64,000 nucleotides of DNA from Vicugna vicugna. Lineage: Eukaryota. The position numbers were made by a program, and so were the translations under genes. The notes below the pieces were generated by a model. That model searched no databases. It had not been told where the DNA came from and was given only the letters and a program-made list of their open reading frames with translations. Shown here piece after piece: positions 53,801 to 62,229 of this stretch; position 1 is the stretch's first letter, and each line of letters begins with the position of its first letter. Location of the stretch: contig MU058781.1 of the NCBI GenBank assembly GCA_013265495.1, positions 11,265,009 through 11,329,008 of the forward strand, read 5' to 3'.

Positions 53801-56121
53801 GTTTCTGCTTAACTAGGTCTAATGACCAGGGGTAAGTTAGTTAATGTCTCTAGGCCTCAGGTTCCTATATAAAATTAAATAAATAATTTCTACCTTACAG
53901 GTTTGTTGAGTGAATCACAGAAAATAAATGCTAAGTGATGACAGGTGGCAGGAACTCAATAAACAGAAGTGTTTATTTTCATCATATTTTGCTTCAACAA
54001 CCCACTGGTATAGATAAACCCAAGTAGGAAATACAATATAGGGTCTAAACCATGGATGGAACCAATGTTCCCCAACTGTTCCTTCATCATTGGACCACTT
54101 CAGAAGGCCAAGAAAGTCTCAAAACGCCAACTGCTCCAAGCACACGCCCACACCCATGAGATACACACACCCACACCCTGAATCTTAGAATCAATAGGAA
54201 GATGAACACTCCTTGTGAAGAGACATTCAAAGGTGATACCTTGTTTCTATTGTAAATCATATCCAGTTTTTAAAATTTGTACAACAAAAATATGGCCACT
54301 ACCATCTTATAAGCACTTACACTGTAAGAGACAAGATCACAGCCCATACAAATAACCTGTATATAGAATTCCAGTAATTTATAGATCCAAACCACTGAAT
54401 GAGGCCAATTCTAATTAACTAACTCACATAAATGTCCACACAGGCCCTATAGACGTGAAAACATGAGCCAAGATATTTATGAAATCATCTAAATTTACAT
54501 AAAAACCCTCACGATCTGTGCAGATTAGGAGTTGCCTTCAATTATGTTCACATAAACATGCTTATTGTTTTATTTTACATTTAACAGAGATTAATATACA
54601 TTAAACATAAAATATTAATTATTAAGACCTTTTGTAGCACCTCCTGAAGAAAGACAAGCAATTATCTGAATAAAAAATTTTTTAGATTTAATCTATTTTG
54701 CTAATTTTTCAATTCTAAGAATTAAAAATGTGAATATTCCCATTGATAAGTGTTCCTCTTTGGCCCACTGCTACAGTTTTAGCAATTTCCATTTCCTAGA
54801 ACTTAAACTTGGAAGATACTTTAGAATTCATTAAGGAGTTCAGCTCCCTCATTTTGCAGAGGAGGGAGAAAGTGAATTGCTCAGAGGCACCCAAGTACTT
54901 TATAGCAGAGCTGGTATTAGAACCTAGGTCCCATTCCCTTTCCTACAGTCTCCTGACTCCCTTCTAGCTACAGGAGCTGAAATAGCTGTCAAGATGTAAT
55001 TTTAGACCAGGTCACTAACAAGTTAGCTGTGAGAACTCCCTGGGATCAATTTCCTCATCTGTAAAATAAAGGAACTGGACCCAGTGACCTCTAGTGTCCC
55101 CTGAACTCATACAATTCTTTGATCCTATGGTTCTTGCCCACCAGGGCTGAATATCTAAGTCTGTTTCACACTGATAAATTGTCATATTTTCTTTGTAATC
55201 TTGTTCTGCTTTGAACCTTTTGGAGGCAGCATAACTATAAAATGTTGTTACTGTTTTTATCTTAAAAAAAACATATCAAGTTTCTAGAAAAGTAAAGTGA
55301 AATATTGCTATGAAATGTAATCATTTCTCATCATATGACAAAGTGGCTCACATTTTCCAGGAGTGAAAAAACGTCAGAAATACATTTTATCCAATAACCA
55401 AATTTTTGTGCTACCACTCACCTATATCCAGGTAATTCAGCCTTCGCCCCTGAGCTCATGGGCACCAGCTTGCTCTATCCCTGTCCTCCCCAACTCCTGA
55501 CATCATTCTGGGCACCTCTAATGCCAGGGACCACCCCTACTTCCTGGCCTTCCCTGAAGCCAACCATCTTCAAAGCCAAGAGTGAGGGGACCCACTCCCG
55601 TGGCCACACATGGTCCTTTACACATACTTGTAAATGTAAACACAAAATTTAATTCCCCGCTCCTACCATATTCTACCCATATTTCTCCTCTCCCATTAGA
55701 TCAGTTTTTCTCCTTTATGGGAACCTCTAGTCAATCCAGTCCCTTGCTATTTCCCCACTCAGAGAAACGGCCGGCCGGAGACCCAAAGGCTAAAGAGGCT
55801 TCCTCCTCCTACACTGAACTCACCCGGCCCATCATTCCCCAGCCCAGGCTCTCTCCTCTCCGCTGCCTCCCCACCCCGCCCCACTCCCCCTCGCCCTCGG
55901 GCCGCTCAGTGCAAGTGCCGCAGGGGAACTCGTTATCAATACACCCGATGACTTTAAATCCTCCCCCTTAACATTTCTGATGGATCTGTTGTCCTTAATG
56001 CCATGACTAGGGGCTGGCACTTACCTATTTCTACGTGCGTAGAAATGCCACACGGTGATCCTGTCTGGCAGAGGGAGCCCAGCGCCAGCAGCAGTCCGGA
56101 CCAGAATCTGAAAGCAGACAT
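11732..56121 (-). CDS. GPLD1: GPLD1, GPI-specific phospholipase D1, complete 25-exon CDS, 842 aa
   Basis: 25 exons joined by hand at GT-AG sites total 2529 nt with no internal stop. Signal peptide, His29/125/133/158 of the Zn-dependent catalytic domain and C-terminal FG-GAP repeats are present. Synteny between MRS2 and ALDH5A1. Confidence 0.98.
13975..14017. repeat. Compound microsatellite (GT)n(CTGT)n
   Basis: Directly visible. Confidence 0.9.
14077..14122. repeat. Exact 23-bp tandem duplication
   Basis: GCTGCCCCTGGAGTGCAGCAGCG twice (14077-14099, 14100-14122). Confidence 0.92.
14511..14561 (-). CDS. GPLD1: GPLD1 exon 24
   Basis: [17 protein letters not shown]; 51 nt; cag/gtgag. Confidence 0.95.
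14687..14713 (-). CDS. GPLD1: GPLD1 exon 23 (27-nt microexon)
   Basis: AQYVLISPE; cag/gtaag. Confidence 0.95.
15312..15388. repeat. Mixed (GT)/(AT) microsatellite inside a MIR remnant
   Basis: Directly visible; MIR-like flanks from about 15140 to 15420. Confidence 0.8.
15956..16116 (-). CDS. GPLD1: GPLD1 exon 22
   Basis: (D)[53 protein letters not shown]; 161 nt. Confidence 0.96.
16512..16688 (-). CDS. GPLD1: GPLD1 exon 21
   Basis: (D)[22 protein letters not shown]...[19 protein letters not shown]; 177 nt. Confidence 0.96.
18750..18843 (-). CDS. GPLD1: GPLD1 exon 20
   Basis: [31 protein letters not shown]; 94 nt. Confidence 0.95.
18929..19034 (-). CDS. GPLD1: GPLD1 exon 19
   Basis: [35 protein letters not shown]; 106 nt. 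Confidence 0.95.
19283..19659 (+). mobile_element. MaLR (MLT1-like) solo LTR
   Basis: Typical start TGTTACGAGCTGAATTGTGTTCCCCCAAAATTCATAT and 3' motif CCTCCAGAACTGTGAGAAAAT...TTAAGCCACC. Confidence 0.85.
19843..19984 (-). CDS. GPLD1: GPLD1 exon 18
   Basis: (E)[46 protein letters not shown]; 142 nt. Confidence 0.95.
20510..20666 (-). CDS. GPLD1: GPLD1 exon 17
   Basis: [52 protein letters not shown]; 157 nt; FG-GAP repeat with Ca-binding loop. Confidence 0.96.
20766..20840 (-). CDS. GPLD1: GPLD1 exon 16
   Basis: [25 protein letters not shown]; 75 nt. Confidence 0.95.
22251..22361 (-). CDS. GPLD1: GPLD1 exon 15
   Basis: [37 protein letters not shown]; 111 nt; FG-GAP repeat. Confidence 0.96.
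22740..22950. mobile_element. MER3-like hAT DNA transposon relic nested in a MIR
   Basis: GGTAGCCACTAGC...GGCTATT and AACATCTCCATCGTCACAGAAAGGTCTATTG motifs; MIR-like flanks. Family assigned from recall. Confidence 0.6.
24806..24992 (-). CDS. GPLD1: GPLD1 exon 14
   Basis: [62 protein letters not shown]; 187 nt. Confidence 0.96.
26265..26645 (+). mobile_element. Probable ERV1-class solo LTR
   Basis: AATAAA at about 26554; ends TTCGGTTCAGTAACA; possible 4-bp TSD GTTG (26261-26264 and 26646-26649). The 5' boundary is uncertain. Confidence 0.6.
26846..26985 (-). CDS. GPLD1: GPLD1 exon 13
   Basis: [46 protein letters not shown](W); 140 nt. Confidence 0.95.
28911..29037 (+). mobile_element. tRNA-Ala-derived SINE (camelid vic-1-like)
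   Basis: A box TAGCTCAGTGG, B box GGTTCAATCC, tail AAATAAACCTAATT..CCCCC-polyA; TSD AAAATTCTT at 28902 and 29038. Confidence 0.92.
29049..29175 (-). CDS. GPLD1: GPLD1 exon 12
   Basis: [42 protein letters not shown]; 127 nt, or 130 nt if the upstream CAG acceptor is used (start 29178). Confidence 0.93.
29697..29861 (+). mobile_element. tRNA-Ala-derived SINE
   Basis: Same head and tail; TSD AGAAATGA(C/T)TGA at 29685 and 29862. Confidence 0.92.
30909..30974 (-). CDS. GPLD1: GPLD1 exon 11
   Basis: [21 protein letters not shown](G); 66 nt. Confidence 0.95.
31317..31597 (-). mobile_element. 5'-truncated L1 3' end
   Basis: T-run followed by sequence homologous to 8690-8960 and to the reverse of 52070-52330; TGTCTTTT on both flanks. 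Confidence 0.8.
34163..34302 (-). CDS. GPLD1: GPLD1 exon 10
   Basis: [46 protein letters not shown](S); 140 nt. Confidence 0.96.
34401..34428 (-). CDS. GPLD1: GPLD1 exon 9 (28-nt microexon)
   Basis: YGEMLAVSK; cag/gtaaa. Confidence 0.95.
34637..34744 (-). CDS. GPLD1: GPLD1 exon 8
   Basis: [35 protein letters not shown](M); 108 nt. Confidence 0.95.
36440..38350 (+). mobile_element. Ancient L1 (L1ME-like) ORF2 3' region, highly decayed
   Basis: A-rich, with L1 ORF2 motifs (AAAGGGTCAATTCACCAGAAAGAT; GGGAAATGCAAATTAAA; GCAATTCCACTTCTGG); no intact ORF. Confidence 0.7.
38593..38647 (-). CDS. GPLD1: GPLD1 exon 7
   Basis: (G)[17 protein letters not shown](W); 55 nt. Confidence 0.95.
38863..39000 (+). 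mobile_element. tRNA-Ala-derived SINE
   Basis: Same tRNA-like head and AAATAAACCTAATT tail. Confidence 0.9.
39505..39553 (-). CDS. GPLD1: GPLD1 exon 6
   Basis: [16 protein letters not shown]; 49 nt; contains His158. Confidence 0.95.
39732..39851 (+). mobile_element. tRNA-Ala-derived SINE
   Basis: Same head; TSD TAAAAAATTA at 39722 and 39852. Confidence 0.9.
40488..40598 (-). CDS. GPLD1: GPLD1 exon 5
   Basis: [37 protein letters not shown]; 111 nt; contains His125 and His133. Confidence 0.96.
41067..41164 (-). CDS. GPLD1: GPLD1 exon 4
   Basis: (G)[32 protein letters not shown]; 98 nt. Confidence 0.96.
41412..42120 (+). mobile_element. 5'-truncated L1 (ORF2 C-terminus + 3'UTR)
   Basis: ORF 41478-41771 resembles the ORF2 C-terminus ([28 protein letters not shown]). 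Degenerate TSD GTTGGAA(T/G)T(A/G)TTTTCAA near 41396 and 42122. Confidence 0.9.
43689..44111 (+). mobile_element. ERVL-class (LTR16-like) solo LTR
   Basis: TG...CA ends; 3' end CTGCTGGGACCCTGACTGATACA. Family assigned from recall. Confidence 0.65.
44573..44651 (-). CDS. GPLD1: GPLD1 exon 3
   Basis: [26 protein letters not shown]; 79 nt. Confidence 0.96.
46420..49730 (+). mobile_element. Cluster of nested old L1 fragments (L1ME/L1MC-like, with an L1 5' fragment at about 48076-49302)
   Basis: A-rich L1 motifs; an L1MC-like phrase is split between 48058-48075 and 49303-49330. Confidence 0.6.
49751..50543. mobile_element. MER44/Tigger-family DNA transposon relic
   Basis: Terminal inverted repeats GTCCCTCCTTATCCATGG and CCTGTGGATAAGGGGAGAC; internal decayed transposase start (ATGCCAAAGAGGAGCTGGAAAGTGC). 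Confidence 0.8.
51692..52345 (+). mobile_element. 5'-truncated L1 3' end
   Basis: Homologous to 41540-42100; AATAAA at 52323; TSD AAAAGGGGG on both sides. Confidence 0.9.
53366..53421 (-). CDS. GPLD1: GPLD1 exon 2
   Basis: (G)[18 protein letters not shown]; 56 nt. Confidence 0.95.
53455..53600 (+). mobile_element. tRNA-Ala-derived SINE
   Basis: Same head; exact 13-bp TSD AATCAATTAAGTT at 53442 and 53601. Confidence 0.92.
56025..56121 (-). CDS. GPLD1: GPLD1 exon 1 (signal peptide)
   Basis: [32 protein letters not shown]|gtaag; 97 nt. Confidence 0.96.
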
Positions 56122-56199
56122 GCTCTCACTACTCACTACGCCTATGGTGGCGGGAGAGGCTCGGAGCCGCGGCCGCAGGGAGTGCGAAAGCCCGGCCCG

Positions 56200-56365
56200 G
56201 ACCAGCTGCTTGCCCTCTCAGCCCGTCACTGACACGGGAAACCCAGCCTCATTTCAAAATAATATCATTTCCCAGTGAAGTCAACTGTTTAACTACGGTT
56301 TAACTTCACCAGAACAGCAAACAAACTCCACCCGGGAGAGGAAAAAAAAAAAAGCAATCAACTGA
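56200..56365 (-). promoter_or_regulatory. Putative GPLD1 proximal promoter
   Basis: Position upstream of exon 1; forkhead motif TGTTTGC at 56317-56323; loose HNF1-like GTTAAACAGTTGAC at 56280-56293. Motif matches only. Confidence 0.45.
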
Positions 56366-56505
56366 GATCGAAATGCCTCTGGGTAGAAGCATTGCCGTCT
56401 TCCGCCCCAAGTGTCCTCTGGGTTTCTTTGTAACGTGAAATTTGGATGGAGACACAAGTCAAGCTGTCTCCAAATATCCTTTGCTTCTTAAAAAACAAAA
56501 GAGTA

Positions 56506-56626
56506 GGGAGGGTATAGCTCAATGGTAGAGTGCCTGCTTAGTTAGCATGTACGAGGTCCTGGGTTCAATCCCCACTACCTCCATATAAATAAACAAACCT
56601 AATTACTCCTCCCTCTCCCCCAAAAA
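56506..56626 (+). mobile_element. tRNA-Ala-derived SINE upstream of GPLD1
   Basis: Same head with a TTAG duplication in the anticodon loop; same tail. Confidence 0.9.
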
Positions 56627-58090
56627 GGCTCACCTGTTTGTACTGAGTCAACATATTGGCCACCTCACCTTGCAAGAGCTGATCGCGCATGCATCTTCCC
56701 ACATACATCAGGTTGCCCTGATTCCTCGGCCTCTGAAGTCACAAGCGCTGGGAAAGCTTTTATGATGATCAGCTGGAACCGGCTTCTCTTTCAGTGTTTG
56801 GCAACAGATAATGACACTTGCATGGGATTACACAACAGCAACCACTCCTGGTCCTACTATCTTGGCTGCTCTTACAGGGCTTACCCCGAGCCTGCTGAAC
56901 CGCCAGGTTCCCGCAGCCCAAGCAAAGATGCTGGTTCCACTTTCAAGGTGGGGTGACTAGGAAGAGAAAGATTGCAGACCAAGAAAGAAGGATTTGGAAA
57001 ATGCTTGGCTCAGAATACACCTGATATCACGCATCCAATCTATAGTACTTAATCCATGGGAAAAGTTAGGTTAAACTCTTCAAAGAAGTGGTGATCTGAA
57101 AGCTCCAATTATGTGTATTTACACATTAAAAGCAAGGAAGGAGAGCCTAAAAGAGTGGGAGGGCACGGTATTCACTCTCAGGGTAGCCAAATGGAAGAGA
57201 AGGATAGAAGACAGGATGATCTGAGACCCTTAGGCGTTTGCCAAGTTTCCTCTGTAACTCTAGCTCTGCCACCTGCAAAGCCCCGAGGAAAGGAAGCCCC
57301 CAGCTCTCCCTCAACCCAGCTGCTTCTGACTGTTCCTAGGTCAGAGGCCATAATCTAGTGTGTTTTGTTTGGCTAATAGGATGTTTTATAAACTAAGGTC
57401 AACTCTTTTTTATGGGAAAAAGTCCTCATAGAAATCTATATTTCTAGCTTTCTTTAAAAACAACAACAAAGAACTGCTTCATGAACTGACATATGATAGG
57501 ACAATCAGCTGAAGCTGAGAAGCCAGCAGCCCCCTGTCCCCAGACAGAGCATGCCCTCCCCATGTCCTCCAGTCCTCGCCATTCACAAAATGTGTGCAGG
57601 TTTCCATGACCCTTCTGGCCACCAGAGGCCATGGAGTTTGTTCCCCTCTCACTCTGGGCTTTCCAGAGCCTGCAGGTGAGATGGTGGTGATTATAACTTA
57701 GGGCTCTGTAAGCCCAGAGCATCTGGGAGTATTCAGTGAATAACAGTAAGATGATTCAAAGGGTCGACAGGGAAAATATAACACTGCCTGAAAACAGTCT
57801 AATTGTGTCCTAATGTCATCTAAAACAAACCGCATTTCATAAAACTAACCCATCCAAAAAGCACCAAAGAAGGAACTGGGTTCAGGGTTCAGTAACTAAG
57901 CAATATGAATCCCAGATTTCTCATTCTATACATTTTTTTGGTGTGTTTAAGGTTCAGAAGGACTTAATTTTATGTGCGTAAAATAGGAGGGAATTCTTTG
58001 CTTAGGCAGAATAGTGTGACAGTTATGAAATAGAGCCTTTATAGGACAATACTTGCTTGAGCTTTTATGAAGTTTGTGTTACTTTTATAA

Positions 58091-58583
58091 TGCTGACTAA
58101 AATAAACGTGCAGCCTAAAAGTTAAAAGTTATGTTTTATTTGGAGGGAGGACTCGAGCCAGGATGACAGCCTCTCAAATCGCTCTGAGGGACTGCTCTGA
58201 AGAGGTAGGGGAGGAGCTAGGTTATATAGGAGCTTTACAACAAAGACCAGGTAGTTGGAACAACAAAAGATTGCTTGTTATCTAAAGAAAACCAGGCATC
58301 TCAAGTTAAAGAATTTAGTGCTTTTCTATGTATGGGAGGAAGCAAACATTTGGGCTCACTGAATTCATTCCTTTGACAGGCACCTAGCTATCTAGGGCCA
58401 GTATCCTGTCCTTTCTTATTCTGAGTCCGCTCAGAGGGCACCATTGTGAGTGGCTGCAGAGGCTGGGCTGCAGGCCTGTCCCCACTGGGGGGTGGCGGCA
58501 GCCGCTGATGACTTGGTTTCAGCATTCTTTGTTTACTGATATGGTTGCAGTATTTCACTCACATTGCAGTATTTTCGTTCACA
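58091..58583 (-). mobile_element. ERV1-class solo LTR
   Basis: TG...CA ends, exact 4-bp TSD ATAA (58087-58090, 58584-58587), minus-strand TATATAA at 58222-58228 and AATAAA at 58135-58140. Confidence 0.85.
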
Positions 58584-61162
58584 ATAACTATGAAAACAAA
58601 GACATGACTTTTAAAGGAAAGTTAACGTACTGCTGCTAATATTAAGAAAACTGTCTGACAAATAAGAAGTGTATGGAATTATTTTTCTTTCCACCCCACC
58701 CCCTCTTTCCTAATACAGGTGGCTTTGTTATAAAATAGATAGCATGAGTCTACCACTTCGAACTTTCTGGAAACAGAGGCATCAGTTGAGAGGTAAACAT
58801 GCTTCTCAGTAAGAAATTACCAAATGATCATTCTATTGTCATTAAAAAGAAAATTTCCCTTTCTAAAAGGTTCACCTTAGATTTCTAAGTAACTATTTTC
58901 CTTAGTGAATTTAAAAAAAGAAAATCACGCTCAGGTATTCAGCAATGCATCTTTTACAACAATTTAGATTCGTGTATAAAGCAACACTGGGTGGGGCTTT
59001 TGAAGTGAAGGTGGGTCTCCTTGTGTAGATAAATGAGATTCAGTTTTAAGGTCCAGAAACTTTTGAGATAAAACAAACAATTTCAACTCACTTCTACACA
59101 AGTCTAATATGTTGTGGTCACCAGAGTTCCCTTATAGCCAATGGGGGAGAGGATGGAGAAGGGTGAAGATTAGGAGGTGGGATTCTCAGGACAAGGGCAA
59201 GCCAAGGAGAAAAAAAGGAAGGTCCCCATCACCTGGTGGTCTTATCCTTAGGAGCCCTGGTGAGCACAGCTGGCCAGCTGGGGGGGGGGTGGATCAGGGC
59301 AATCTAGAAGCAAGACAGGAACAAGGAGGTAATTGTTCCTGCTCCGAATGGGAGCTTGCCAAGGGCACAGAAGGGGGGGGCACGTGGGGGACAGGACCGA
59401 CACAGATGACAACACTCGATGAATTTCCTACACCCTATTAGGCACTTTTGCCTTGGTGGGTCCCTTCCTTCATAAAAACAGAAGTTTTTGAAAAAAATCA
59501 CAATTTACATCTGCATTGGTATAAAGATTAATATATTAGTAGCCAACATAAAAGTTTATTTTTTCTTCTGATTTTAGAAGAAATTAAACTTTTTTGTGTG
59601 CCCCTAAAAGTACTCTGAGGCCTAGACATTTTACCTACTGTGCCTGACTGAGAAGTCAGCCAGGAAAGAGAGTGGGCACCGTTAGAAACAAAACCTGTCT
59701 TAATTTTGTATCAAGGGAGGTAGCCATAGGCAACTTCACTTCTCTGGGCCTCAGGTTGCTGGATAGAACAGATTTCCCTAAACCCGTATAAATCAGCTAT
59801 CCATAGAGCTCCCTCTACCGGCGGTAGATGGAAACACGCCAGCTCCCCTGTCCTGAGAGTGATACCCAACCGGGGGCTGTCTCCATCAGGACTGCCTCTC
59901 TCCCCTCATTCCTTCAATAGAATACAGAACCAAAAAGTGAAACCACTCACACAAAAGATTAAACTCCGCCGTCCCCATTTCTGCCAGATTCAAGACTCAA
60001 GACTGAGTGACAGTGACTCAGCAAAAACCAGTCAAAATGCAAAGTACTGCCTTGGCCTTTTACAAATAAAAATCCAATCCTCTAAAAAAAAAAAAAAAGG
60101 TGAAGAGTCCACAGGCTACACAGAAGCCAGCAAGAGACCCTCAACTCAGTAGAAATACAGAAGGGGAGTTTTTTTGAGACTAGTGGTCCTAAATCAGTGC
60201 ATAGTTATGCTTCATTTGAATCCACAAATTCCGAGCAAAGGCCTGCCACTTTTATTTTTATCCTCATTAAAGCAGATGCTTCCCTATTGCTTCCGGAGTT
60301 TTAGGCAGTCTAACTGTGATATCCTGACAAACAGTCCCATTGACAAGCCGGTGACCTAACTTTCATCTTCCTAGTGGTTTGACCTCGGGCAGCTAGCATG
60401 GCTTTGAGCAGTGTGCTGAATCTATTCAACAACTGTACTGAGCATCATACATTATCTTACAACAAACCTATGGGGTAGGTATTCCACCCTATGAAAGACA
60501 GGACTGACTGAGGTTGAATAATTTATCGAAGGTCACACAGCTTGTCAACAACAGATTCTGAGTTTGTCTCCAAGTCTGTTTGTCTCCAAAGGCGCTGTTA
60601 TACATCGACACCCCTGCTACCAATTAATGGAGAGAATACCCAGATTCACACCCAGAAAAGCACCCAGGCAGCACAACGCTGGACCACACTGCGCGCCCTC
60701 AAACAACGCTCAAACCAAGTCCAAAGTGAGCGGGAGCTGCGGAGATAAAGAATCGTGATCACGTTCTTAGATGCCGGGGCAGACACCAGCGCATCCATGG
60801 ACCAAGCATAAATTCCAGGGCAAGAGGATGCTGGTTTGGGGGGATGGATGGTGGGGAAAGAGAGGTTCTCTGCAGCAGTTGAGGGGCCAAGGAACGATTA
60901 CAGACAGATGAGAGGGGGAAAGGTGACAGCAGTCCACCGGTGATCTCCCCGCGACCCTTCCCAGGTCTCTCAGGGAGCCAAGTCTCCCGGCCCTCAGGGT
61001 CAAGGTCCCGAGTCTGCGCAGCCGTGCAGCGCGAAGGGCGCGGGGAGAGGGCGCTGCTCGGCGTCTCTGCCACCTTAAGCCCGCGTCCGCCGCCACCCGG
61101 CGTGTCCCCGCCGCGGCCTCGATCCCTGCGCTCGGGTGCGCGCACTCCCTCGCTTGCTTCCT

Positions 61163-61183
61163 GCCGCCGCCGCCGCCGCGGCC
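61163..61183 (+). repeat. (GCC)5 GCG GCC tract directly before the ALDH5A1 ATG
   Basis: Directly visible. Confidence 0.85.
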
Positions 61184-61495
61184 ATGGCGACCTGCTTTCG
61201 GCTGCGCAGCTGCCTGGCCCCGCACCTCCCGCCCGCGCCTCTGGGCCGCCGTCTCCGCCGCCGGGCCCCGATCCGCGGCTACGCCGGGGGCCCGGCCGGC
61301 CTTTCCTCGGCGCTGCTGCGCACCGACAGCTTCGTGGGCGGCCGCTGGCTCTCGGCCCCCGCCACCTTCCCCGTGCACGACCCGGCCAGCGGCGCCGAGC
61401 TGGGCTTGGTGGCCGACTGCGGGGTGGCGGAGGCCCGCGCCGCCGTGCGCGCCGCCTACGAGGCTTTCTGCAGCTGGAGGGGGGTCTCGGCCAAG
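61184..61495 (+). CDS. ALDH5A1: ALDH5A1 succinate-semialdehyde dehydrogenase, coding exon 1
   Basis: gccATGG Kozak; [10 protein letters not shown]...[12 protein letters not shown]...[15 protein letters not shown]...VSAK|gtgagt; 312 nt; Arg-rich mitochondrial presequence. Confidence 0.97.
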
Positions 61496-62229
61496 GTGAG
61501 TGCGCGCCGGGTCCAGGGGGCTTTGGGTTTTGCCCCCTAGTGAAACTATCTCCGTCTCCTCCCCCCTCCCCCAGTGCTCTGGGATACACCGTGCAGAAAG
61601 TCATAGTAACAAGAAAAGAGATGATCAACAAATAAGTTTGGAGCGTGGGCTTTGTGCCAAGCACTGTGCCAGGCGTTAGGAACACGGACCGCCCCCAAGC
61701 CTCATCAACTGTCCAGTAGGGGAGGCAGAAAAGTGAAGATGTCATTACAAGGGAGTCAGGTGTATGGTGAACAAGTAGATGGGAGGGGGCGGGGAGGTGA
61801 GAGCACGTGACTCTTCAGAGCATCTGAAGTACCTCCCTGGCTGCTGGGAGACCATGCCAGAGGCGGCTGCAGGGGTCCACGAGGAGGCTGGTAGTGAGTG
61901 CCCGGGCTGGAGTCACGAACTCGGCAGTGGAGTGAACTGTGGAAAGAACTGGGCTTTGTGCAGGGGAAGGGACAAGTCCGGGACCATTCTCCAGGTCTGG
62001 GGTCTGAATAAAGAGGTGCTGTTAACTGACAAAGAGAACTCTGGAGATCTGGGGGTGCAGGGTTGGGGATGTGTGAGAAAGAGTAAAAACTTAGAGATTT
62101 TCTTCCTCCATTTATTATGTGACACCTGGAGCTAGCCCAGCAATGTCATCTTCTACCCTATCCTTCAGCATCCTCCCTCTGAAGGAAGATGCACAGCCAG
62201 CAATGAGGTCTAAGCACCCAGGGAGTCTT

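Larger units (their letters stand above)
60940..61520. promoter_or_regulatory. CpG island / ALDH5A1 promoter and exon 1
   Basis: Very dense CpG and GC content, GC-box-like motifs, in contrast to the CpG-depleted surroundings. Confidence 0.9.

Noticed and set aside
11732..56121. GPLD1 pseudogenisation
   Set aside because: All 25 exons are in frame with canonical splice sites and the catalytic histidines are retained.
61136..61183. GTG-initiated N-terminal extension of ALDH5A1
   Set aside because: Poor context, and the ATG at 61184 has a strong Kozak and matches the known N-terminus MATC.
60759..61745. 328-aa, 203-aa and 231-aa ORFs around ALDH5A1 exon 1
   Set aside because: Low-complexity Arg/Pro/Gly/Ala translations, expected from stop-codon scarcity in a CpG island; no recognisable domain.
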